A stretch of 30,647 nt of DNA from a virus (taxonomy: Duplodnaviria; Caudoviricetes): the IMG/VR virus record IMGVR_UViG_3300042402_001448, positions 1 through 30,647 of that record; one strand, 5' to 3'. The position numbers were made by a program, and so were the translations under genes. This document shows, piece by piece, positions 20,501 to 26,933 of the stretch. The notes below the pieces were generated by a model. It saw only the letters and a program-made list of their open reading frames with translations, made no database searches and was not told the DNA's origin. Position 1 is the stretch's first letter. Each line of letters begins with the position of its first letter.

Positions 20501-23500
20501 ATTATTGAAATTATCAATCCAGCAGCGCCACTGGCGATAGATAAAGCCTTAATTAGAATTGAATCAATGAGTGGTGGAGAAATAACATCTTTATTTGTTA
20601 CTTATGGAAGTAGTGGATATACCGGCAGTGCAGAGGTCATTGAAACCGGCCAGGTTAGATTGTTTACTAAAGACACAACTAAAAATTCTTGGAATACTAT
20701 TGCCTCAAGACAAGACCTAACTGATATAGAATTGTTTAAAAACATTTCAATATACGATAATGAAAACAATGTAAAAATTTCAGACATCGAAATAGTTGAT
20801 CATTACAAATTAAAAATACTAGGTGCGGCCGAACAAGAATTAAAGTTTAAAACTCTGTACGATCCTGCTACATATACCAACGGCACTGATCAACAAGAAG
20901 TTGATGAATCCCAGGCCTGGTTTGAAAAACATGTTGGAGAATTGTGGTGGGACCTAAGTACAGCCAAATGGTTGCTCTATGAACAGGGTGATATTTCTTA
21001 TCGAATCGGTAACTGGAATCAATTGGCCTATGGCGCAAGTATTGACGTGTATGAATGGGTAGAATCAAAATATTTGCCTAGTAGATGGACCGCGCTGGCA
21101 GATACAACTGAAGGTCTTGCACAAGGAATTTCAGGACAGCCGTTATACCCAGATAATACAGTTTATTCTGTAAAGATTTTAACTAATCCTTCAACAGGCG
21201 AAACCACAGATACAAAATATTATTATTGGGTCAAGAATAAAAATATAGTGCCAAAAAATGTTTCAGGCAGAAGAATTGCGGCTTCAGATGTAAAGAGTTA
21301 TATTGAAAATCCAATAGGCACAGGACAGCCTATACTAACACCGATAGCCGCTGATACACTATTAGCGTTCAATTTTGAATCTTTGATTCCTTCAAATACC
21401 GCGTTGATTAATATTCAATATAGAAAAAATCTAAAAGCCTTAAATGCTATTCACAATGAATATCAGTTGTTAACTGAAGGTGTTGCAGACAGTCTTCCAA
21501 CAGAAACTCTAGAAGCCAAATGGATAGACAGTTTAGTAGGATACGATCTTGCTGGTAGCATAGTACCGGACGCTAGTATACCTATTAAGCAAAGATACGG
21601 TATAAGTTTTAGACCCCGTCAGACAATGTTCAAAAATAGATTTGCTATTTTAAAAACAGTAATTACTAATATTAATTCAGTATTAAAAACTCGAGCGTTT
21701 TCTGATACTTTAAATTTTATTAATCTCGGATCAGTTGATCCAGAACCGGCTAGTGTATTAAATCAGTACGATGTACGTGTAGACACACTGACTGATCTTG
21801 CAGAAGTGGGGACAACGAGGGTAAAAAAAGCTGTATTGAGAGCTAATATTGTTGACGGAGAAATTGATACTATTGATATCGTTGATTCGGGTTCTGGCTA
21901 CAGGAATGCCCCATTTGTTAATATTGAAGGAAACGGACAAGGAGCCACAGCACAAGTAACTATTGACAGTCAAGGCAGATTAAATTCTGCTATTGTGTTG
22001 TCCAAAGGTCGCCGTTATACAGCTGCCGTGGCAGAAATAAGATATTTTTCTGTACTAGTAGCGCAAGATTCTTCAATCAACAATTATTGGAGTATCTATT
22101 CTTGGGATGATATAAGAAAAACTTTCTTTAGGTCTAAGTCTCAGGCGTTCAATACTAACAAGTATTGGGAATATATTGATTGGTGGCAAGACGGGTATGG
22201 AGTAACTTCTAGAATAGTTAAAGAAATTACCGATCTTTATCAAGAATCTGCAATATCTGTCAACGTAGGAGACCTAATACGTATTCAAGAATTTGCCAAT
22301 GGTGGCTGGGCAGTTTTAGAAAAAACTGAACCTACCCAAGGTAATATTTTAGATAATTACATTCTTGTTGGCAGAAAAAATGGTACCATCAATTTAATAA
22401 TTGACGATCTAGTTTCCGTACAAAATATAGGATATGATAATGCTATTTCTTTTGATGCTAACGTTTATGATATAAATCCCACACAAGAACTTCGTAACAT
22501 TTTGAAAGCAGCTAAGGAAGATATTTTTATCGAAGACCTTAGAGTAGAATGGAATAAATTATTCTTTACTAGTATTCGATATGCGTTTGTAGAACAACCA
22601 TATATTGATTGGGCTTTTAAGACAAGTTTCTTAAACGCTACTCACAATGTTGGCGATTTAGAGCAAAAAATAAATTATAAAAATGATAATTTAGAAAACT
22701 TTCAAGAATATATAGAAGAAATCAAACCCTATAGAACCACAATTAGAGAATATATTTCCAAATATACAGATAGAGATATTTCATATTCGGGAACTACCGA
22801 CTTTGATCTACCCCCAGTGTATTCAACTCAAGATGGAAAAATACTACCAATTAGATCAACTAGCGACAGATTCAGTAGTTATCCCTGGAAATGGTGGAAT
22901 GACAACAACGGATATGTTGTTACTGAAATTAGAGTATCTAACGGGGGTGCTGATTACACAGAAGTCCCTAGTGTAATAATTGAAGGTAACGGCACCGGAG
23001 CAACAGCTCAGGCATTTGTAGCCAATGGCAGTGTTGTAGCTGTAAAAGTTCTAAACAAAGGTCAAGGTTATACACAGGCTCCTAGTATAAGACTAGTTGG
23101 CGGCAACGGAACCAGTCAAAGCATTGCCAAGGCTGTGGCCATAATTGGTGAAACTGCGGTAAGAACATTTGACCTTACTGTGAAATTTGATAGAATTGCC
23201 AAACAAGGAATATACCAAACGTTTACCAAATCTGAAATTTTTACAGCCACAGGAGTTTCTGCAGTTTTTCAATTGCAATATGCTCCTAATAGAGACAAGA
23301 GCAAGATTTCAATAACTAAAAATAATCAAATTGTTTTGAACAGTGAATATACAATCACATTGTATACTTCCACAACGGATACATATAGCTTGATCAAAGG
23401 CAAATTAATTTTCAATATAACTCCAGCTCTAGGTGATGTGATAGAAATAAACTATGAAAAGAATGTAGAATTATTCGACAGTATAAACAGAATTGAAAAC

Positions 23501-26260
23501 TACTATTCACCTACTGAAGGAATGCGTGGCAATGAACTAGCACAATTAATGACCGGTATAGATTTTGGTGGTGTACAAATTCAAGGAACAACTTTTGATG
23601 TTACCGGCGGCTGGGATGCTCTCCCGTGGTTTACTGACAGTTGGGACAGCGTGGAATCTAACAGTGATTTTTATTATGTGGCCGACGGAAGCACTAGTGC
23701 AGTAACATTGCCATTTATTCCTGCAGCAGGAGAACAGATTTCTGTATATTGGAAACCGTCAGGCACTAGAATACCTCCAGGTATCCAAACACTCGGCGGC
23801 CCAGCAGATCCTCCTATAAATCCACAGGTTATTATAGAATCAGAAATCACTGCTCCTAAAACAATTAGGGTAGATGATCCTAATTGGATTCAAAATTGGG
23901 ACAGTTCAAATGCCACTAATCCTAACGCACAAATGCCTACATTTGTAGGAGATGGATCTACTAGAGTAGTTGAAATTGCTCAATATATTAGTGTAGAACC
24001 AGGCGATACATTGATCTTCCGCAAGTTAGACAGTGACGGATCAGTAACTATTACCGATGTAAATCTTTTAGATACTAAATTAAGTGGTGGATCATTATCA
24101 AATATCAGTGGTGCGTATCAAACAGCTAACGGTCTTACAGCTGAAGAAATTGTTATAGACGGCGACAAATTTATCAGTCCAGACCAAGTACCAGCACCCG
24201 AAGAAAACATTCCTGGCCAAGTGCTAGAAAGTGTAAGTATCAAAGTGTTCCACACCTATCCTCGAGGATCTGCCCTGATACAAAATACCATTGCATATTC
24301 AGACGGGGTGAAATTTAAATATGCCATAGGTATTGATGTAGTAGAAAATAATTCAGTGATTGTTTATATTAATAAAATTAAACAAGAACTGTATCAAGAT
24401 TATACAATAGATTATCAAACCAATGAGGTAGTATTTGCCTATGTGCCGATCAGCACTACTATAATTGAAATATTGGCATTTGGTCTAGGCGGAATAAATT
24501 TATTAGACTATCAAGAATTTGTTGCAGACGGTGTAACCACATTGTTTTTAACCAAAGCAATTTTCAGTCAAACTTCATCAATATTAGTTACAGTCAACGG
24601 TGATGCTATCGATACTGGATTTCTAGACAGTGCTGATTTTACAGATACTCCAAATAAAACTTTGGTACAGTTTGGTATTGCTCCGGCTATTAACAGTGTG
24701 GTCAAGGTAGTATGCCTAGGCCCTGGCTTAGATACAGACTCTACAGGACAGAGTATAATTAGAGTTAATAATCAAACTATAGTCTACGATGGGTCAACTA
24801 CTAGATTTGTAGTAGATAAATTTGTTAATTTGTCCAGAGCATCGGCTATATCTAACCTACTTGTAAACATCAATGGACAGCAGGTCAACGGCCCTGATAC
24901 TGTGTTAACAGTCTACGACGGAACTAACAATCAAATTACTATTGGAGTAGATCCAACAAGATTTCCAGGGTCGATAACGTATCCTGATATTCAAGTTTTT
25001 GTAAACAACAATCCAACAATTCAGGTAGTAGATTATACACTTAATTCTGGATCTAATATTATCACTGTGCGGTCAGACATTTTGGATATAGGTGATGTTA
25101 TTAGAATTGTTGTCACAGCATTTGCAGATTACCAAATAGATAGTGATGAAATTGTTTTTACAGATGCAATTATGGCTACCTTGGAAAACAACGATGACAG
25201 CACTACAAAAGATATAATTGAAATTGTTTGGTTTAGTGAATATCCTAGTATGGATATTGTAGCTGATCAATTTTCAGGAGGAAAGGTTCAGTATCAACTT
25301 TCTAGAACTCCTATAAATTCAAGTTATGTATGGGTCTATATAAATGGAGTGAGACAAACACAGGATCGTGATTTTAGTGTATCTCTGCCAAGAGGTGTAG
25401 TATATCTAAATGTTGAAACAACTATTGAAGATGCTGTAAAAATTGTTGAATTTGGAAATGACGTTTACAAATTTCCTAGTGCATATGAAATTTATAAAGA
25501 TATGTTGAACATATATCATTTTAAACGTTACAGTAGAAATGATGTTAAGCTAGCAGTAGCATTGAATTATTACGATCAAAGCATCACGGTGATCAACGGT
25601 GATCAATTATATGATCCAACTGATCGACCAGTGTCGGGTATTGTATACATCAACAATGAAAGAATAGAATATTTGCAAAAGGCTGGAAATGTACTTACAC
25701 AACTTCGTAGAGGTAGTCTAGGAACTGCTATTGCAGTAGTCCACGCAGAGGACAGTTTTGTAACAGATAGCGGACCTTTAGAAACTATTCCGTATAATGA
25801 AACACAACACCGATTAGATTTTGTCAGTGACGGCAGCACACTATTAGTTGGTCCTTTGGATTTTGTTCCTGCACAAGGAACTAGAAGTTCATGGTTCCGT
25901 GGAATTGACACTACAACAGGCGACCCTAACATTCCGGCGACCTACGGACCGTGCGATCAAATAGAAATATTTGTAGCCGGCACCAGATTACGTAAAAATC
26001 CTGTTGATGTATTTGATGAAGATCTAGGCCCTAATGGCAGCAAAGAAATAGAAGCAGAATTCAGTGTGGACGGAACAAGTCCTTATATAAGGCTAACTAA
26101 AGCAATACCAGCAGGTACACGTATCACTGTAATAAGAAAAACAGGAAGAACTTGGTATGATCGAGGTGTTACAACAGCATCAGCTGGAAAAACTCTACAG
26201 CAAAATGCCACAGCAATTAGCAATTTTATTTTACAAAAGACAACGATCATACCAGAATAA
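11594..26260 (+). CDS. Giant multidomain baseplate/structural protein, probably gp7-like wedge scaffold with adhesin-like modules (4888 aa)
   Basis: Uninterrupted 14.7-kb ORF directly after gp6, the position of gp7 in T4. Contains seven FG-GAP-like blades, six Trp/Tyr CBM5/12-like modules, a cupredoxin-like domain, G.GY repeats and repeated V.(I/V)NG...DY beta-sandwich units. Confidence 0.7.
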   Translation: MAKDIFPQSQLPIRRTVELLPEVFQTETNAKFMSAVVDPLVQPGTLSKTVGYVGRRYGKTYNGSDVYLDTDTTLRSRYQLEPGVTVKEKDKVENFYDYIDFKNQLKFFGNNLERDDLITDQDHYSWTPPIDWDKFVNFREYYWVPDGPPPVTIFGQRQSITSTYRVRLGVGSSWIFFPDGLSLNPTLTLYRGQTYKFQVNAPGEEFVIKTAYDTGSLIYKPYLPYQQGQFAVFNNKLWKAKTFIAVTDGSTIDEDSQDWEYVEAASQATALDYNTGITGQGATNGTLTFTVPLDAPDVLFYQSATDINRFGRFLIADIESNTKIDIVNEVIGKTTYVSSNGVTFTNGMKVRFSGLVTPIKYSADTWVIEGVGESIRLIRFQDLSPPTLSTSSLEVLFDDGGFDTEPFDDAAAYPESKDYITINRASQDSNPWSRYNRWFHRSVLEQAHSFNDSEFDSIETARAKRPIIEFSSNLQLFNHGSLAKTPVDFIDTFTTDVFSTIEGSLGYNIDGEELFNGARLLVTADTDTLANNRIYTVNFITHNNRRQINLVETTDANSTIGDGVFVRRGLLNKGIMYHFNGTSWVPSQKKTAVNQSPLFDVFDDNGVSYGDMDTYPVSSFLGTKLVSYKVGNSIVDTELGFSLSYLNINNVGDIEFNFDWDIDSFDYHSSNEVFFKTIRQGYYKFTNTGSYANGWLKSDRTYLQPVIYSTTVTEASTKIVSDGIKWTDVQDDEISKILIYINGIKYSGNYTRNQNIFTFPTSLNINDVVTVKVFADADPHLGYYEIPVGLEKNPLNDEVKTFTLGQAVDHVSTAIDLFDQFSGSYPGLSNLRDITGYQNLSRRFLKHSGITPTAIMLMCDKHVNIIKSIQYAKKSYTEFKNNFIKFAETATYNLDPVEFVDEILAIMSKVKTQKDAFADSDMAGSGAYNLKEYVVEDTEIITFALNTKFNLTQLSRTAVYIYINNVQLIHGIDYTFNDTFGFVSISKALTEGDIIQIKEYVSSSFCFIPPTPSKLGLYKTYIPSLFLDDTYVTPINVIQGHDGSITVAYGDFRDDVLLELEKRIYNNIKQEYTEDLFSQDNILGGYYGSSTYTKQELDSVISSEFLRWFSETNVDYLTNTFFDSEDSFTYTYSNMGDPTGQLNLPGWWRGVYTWLYDTDRPHRCPWEMLGFSQQPSWWEDQYGSAPYTSNNLLLWEDLASGIIRQGSRAGTYDRYKRATLLNHIPVDGDGNLLSPFESGAATNFVLYNNKGTFKFGDIAPVEYAWRSSSDYPFVIMLALCLMRPYEFIIETLDKSRIKVNKIGQTVNKNTNLFFKNSDIIIPTSGGNQTSGLVNYVVDYLKSRGLTESVLQQKVDNLDVNLSTRLSGFVDQGQQKYILDSKNPSASTSNIFLPQENYDINFNISAPISSPSYSAVVVEKLASGFKLFGYDISEPYFRYFEAVKSTNDPLISVGGVSENFIDWEANKIFGNGTIIRVADIFYRCIKSHTSGIEFDAQFWQRIAKLPLVGAVEVFRRRTVNSATVKELPYGTVFASLQDIADFIIGYDAYLQSQGFEFTGYDGNLESAKDWTTSIKELLFWSKHKWAESSLITLSPAAAKIELNIDIGVADNLLDSFYDYNILKVDGTILPIEFINVNREFKKLTVDVVNDSDGIYFFRCYFVLKEHVTIFDDRTVFNDVIYDKPTGYRQERIKSRGFRTVDWDGDYTSPGFLFDNVNIQIWQPFTDYKLGDIVNYKSYNWTSLVNQQGSVQFKDSNWTKLDTTPAKGLISNFDVRVSQFEDYYNVDADGAGASQRELARHLIGYQTREYLQNLAEDNVTQFKLYQGFIREKGTANAVVKVFDKLSRITADSIVLDEEWAFNVGRLGGLDQLNEIEFEIVKDNLLVNPQAIVVTNGPISKNSSDKYLRVNQTNFTRSLIPYNVNINPLINYQGITRNAGYVKTDQIELFVKSREDILSLDISSLIENSHIWVTFDNASWTVLRFNLNTALTIEDIVKDSTTNIVTVTVSQKHGLTVDEIVGIKDIINFTGFYKVVAVTDYTFAVQAAAGPVPDTPDTSSIQYNIYLLTQSRFNSYQDIEDQTAALLKQGSKLWIDNADTTVGNWEVVEKQRLYVEKIITNFGATDPRNTGRAVVYAANLNQVITGIPSANSVMVYSETATGLSVKEILQPETEFTNTTANSFGDAIAISPDNVWLAVGAPLASGVPSRFKGIYEDTYSYIAGDIVLQNGKLWEATNDQQPGDGSTNTLNTLSVNFRNEDWKLVDIVYANASGSLGPANQGLVVLYKRKNNAWELQHTILSPRIEANEKFGSSVSIGVSGANYYMSISAPGSLNDLGRVYLYKYTGTTAGSTTQILTFNGNNAVNYVVNTITFSRNHNYITGQLVRYLNGTFAGDDKSAATSPPPPEDYTILYVIRITDTVIQLATSVVNATTGTEIDLKDFGIDDSSSHTLVSTATVGWKQMGDPEYRGLYTNSASSVYSQGSKVWYEGKIYQALEDTYGDGTSLDLSTSNSWQVLDDSVTEVSLPSNIALIDSGNVLPILQDSSTAILGSVYPLVAAGSFKVGEIYRIEDYGTTNFQLIGNNPEAGDGLTFKATGVGSGTGTARWTSYQFAELIKAGDMFGQSQAMSRDGSILVVGAPESDGIYIANYKGLWTNYQTYYEDDVVKYAGTYYRLVDYDPITGGEADSSEDSTYITTSKNDIPTSSSLQGPWTFVSSELSLPSGKIFIYKRNASDVYELAQTITAGSLTEISDVLNVDNLNTGDKFGAAVDIDYNGTTIIASSPLADVKSTDQGAVFVFKSEQLNDISYRLKQRLISHENYTNEYFGSAISISPATEKIVVGATNASFNLFTIYDQGSTSFDNTNTTFSSDEGNTGQVYVFERKDQTYHLTEKLYVPDLQDWESFGSSVDCVGSVIAVGSPTYRDTVYRIGVNFATTPLLPGSGLTVDVIIQDGVIISATANDSGSGYAVNNIIEIINPAAPLAIDKALIRIESMSGGEITSLFVTYGSSGYTGSAEVIETGQVRLFTKDTTKNSWNTIASRQDLTDIELFKNISIYDNENNVKISDIEIVDHYKLKILGAAEQELKFKTLYDPATYTNGTDQQEVDESQAWFEKHVGELWWDLSTAKWLLYEQGDISYRIGNWNQLAYGASIDVYEWVESKYLPSRWTALADTTEGLAQGISGQPLYPDNTVYSVKILTNPSTGETTDTKYYYWVKNKNIVPKNVSGRRIAASDVKSYIENPIGTGQPILTPIAADTLLAFNFESLIPSNTALINIQYRKNLKALNAIHNEYQLLTEGVADSLPTETLEAKWIDSLVGYDLAGSIVPDASIPIKQRYGISFRPRQTMFKNRFAILKTVITNINSVLKTRAFSDTLNFINLGSVDPEPASVLNQYDVRVDTLTDLAEVGTTRVKKAVLRANIVDGEIDTIDIVDSGSGYRNAPFVNIEGNGQGATAQVTIDSQGRLNSAIVLSKGRRYTAAVAEIRYFSVLVAQDSSINNYWSIYSWDDIRKTFFRSKSQAFNTNKYWEYIDWWQDGYGVTSRIVKEITDLYQESAISVNVGDLIRIQEFANGGWAVLEKTEPTQGNILDNYILVGRKNGTINLIIDDLVSVQNIGYDNAISFDANVYDINPTQELRNILKAAKEDIFIEDLRVEWNKLFFTSIRYAFVEQPYIDWAFKTSFLNATHNVGDLEQKINYKNDNLENFQEYIEEIKPYRTTIREYISKYTDRDISYSGTTDFDLPPVYSTQDGKILPIRSTSDRFSSYPWKWWNDNNGYVVTEIRVSNGGADYTEVPSVIIEGNGTGATAQAFVANGSVVAVKVLNKGQGYTQAPSIRLVGGNGTSQSIAKAVAIIGETAVRTFDLTVKFDRIAKQGIYQTFTKSEIFTATGVSAVFQLQYAPNRDKSKISITKNNQIVLNSEYTITLYTSTTDTYSLIKGKLIFNITPALGDVIEINYEKNVELFDSINRIENYYSPTEGMRGNELAQLMTGIDFGGVQIQGTTFDVTGGWDALPWFTDSWDSVESNSDFYYVADGSTSAVTLPFIPAAGEQISVYWKPSGTRIPPGIQTLGGPADPPINPQVIIESEITAPKTIRVDDPNWIQNWDSSNATNPNAQMPTFVGDGSTRVVEIAQYISVEPGDTLIFRKLDSDGSVTITDVNLLDTKLSGGSLSNISGAYQTANGLTAEEIVIDGDKFISPDQVPAPEENIPGQVLESVSIKVFHTYPRGSALIQNTIAYSDGVKFKYAIGIDVVENNSVIVYINKIKQELYQDYTIDYQTNEVVFAYVPISTTIIEILAFGLGGINLLDYQEFVADGVTTLFLTKAIFSQTSSILVTVNGDAIDTGFLDSADFTDTPNKTLVQFGIAPAINSVVKVVCLGPGLDTDSTGQSIIRVNNQTIVYDGSTTRFVVDKFVNLSRASAISNLLVNINGQQVNGPDTVLTVYDGTNNQITIGVDPTRFPGSITYPDIQVFVNNNPTIQVVDYTLNSGSNIITVRSDILDIGDVIRIVVTAFADYQIDSDEIVFTDAIMATLENNDDSTTKDIIEIVWFSEYPSMDIVADQFSGGKVQYQLSRTPINSSYVWVYINGVRQTQDRDFSVSLPRGVVYLNVETTIEDAVKIVEFGNDVYKFPSAYEIYKDMLNIYHFKRYSRNDVKLAVALNYYDQSITVINGDQLYDPTDRPVSGIVYINNERIEYLQKAGNVLTQLRRGSLGTAIAVVHAEDSFVTDSGPLETIPYNETQHRLDFVSDGSTLLVGPLDFVPAQGTRSSWFRGIDTTTGDPNIPATYGPCDQIEIFVAGTRLRKNPVDVFDEDLGPNGSKEIEAEFSVDGTSPYIRLTKAIPAGTRITVIRKTGRTWYDRGVTTASAGKTLQQNATAISNFILQKTTIIPE

Positions 26261-26263
26261 ATA
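26256..26263 (+). promoter_or_regulatory. Putative late promoter (AATAAATA) overlapping the stop codon of the giant gene
   Basis: Third copy of the octamer; includes the TAA stop at 26258-26260 and is followed by CACT-ATG. Confidence 0.6.
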
Positions 26264-26267
26264 CACT

Positions 26268-26930
26268 ATGAATAATAATTTCAACGAGCTCGATATGCCC
26301 AACGAACAAAAACAACTAGAAAAAACACCCAACGAAAGTGGTGGATTCCACGTCGAGGGACATATAAAAATATTTGATCCTGAAACTGGAGAAGTATTTC
26401 AAGATAAACGAAATGCCATCCATTATGAAAATATGAGTGTTGCAATGGTTAACAGTCTTAGCAATCAAGGGCAGGGCTGGATTTACCAAATGGTTTTTGG
26501 CAACGGTGGAACCACAGTAGACCCAACTGGACTGATCAGTTATCTAACACCAAACACTGTAGGTGTTAATACTAGTCTTTATAATCAAACTTATGCCAAA
26601 GTAGTAGATAAAAATGCCATCGAAAATACAGATCCTATTAGAAATAAAATGGAAATTAGGCATATAAGTGGAGCCACTTACAGTGATATTATTATTAGTT
26701 GTTTGTTAGATTACGGTGAACCAGACGGACAAGATGCATTTGACAACAGTCAAGATATGAGTGGTAATTTTGTTTTTGATGAACTGGGTTTAAGATCTTA
26801 CAGCGACAGCGGCACAGGCAAATTATTAACTCATGTGATTTTTCACCCTGTTCAAAAATCTCTAAACAGGCTATTACAAATTGATTATACGATTCGTGTA
26901 CAGAGTTTAACTGGATTCACAGAGGTGTAA
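26268..26930 (+). CDS. Baseplate/tail-fibre attachment protein (about 220 aa, function inferred)
   Basis: Start moved from 26157 to the ATG at 26268 (alternative 26295) to avoid a 104-nt overlap with the giant gene. Motifs EGHIKIFD, MVFGNGGT, FVFDELGL, LLTHVIFHPVQKSLNRLLQIDYTIRVQ resemble the fibre-attachment domain found at the N-terminus of P2 gpH-type fibres; lies between wedge and fibre genes. Confidence 0.55.
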   Translation: MNNNFNELDMPNEQKQLEKTPNESGGFHVEGHIKIFDPETGEVFQDKRNAIHYENMSVAMVNSLSNQGQGWIYQMVFGNGGTTVDPTGLISYLTPNTVGVNTSLYNQTYAKVVDKNAIENTDPIRNKMEIRHISGATYSDIIISCLLDYGEPDGQDAFDNSQDMSGNFVFDELGLRSYSDSGTGKLLTHVIFHPVQKSLNRLLQIDYTIRVQSLTGFTEV

Positions 26931-26933
26931 TAA

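Noticed and set aside
26157-26267. Longer N-terminus for the 26157-26930 ORF
   Set aside because: Overlaps the giant gene by 104 nt; the late promoter motif at 26256 favours ATG 26268 or 26295.
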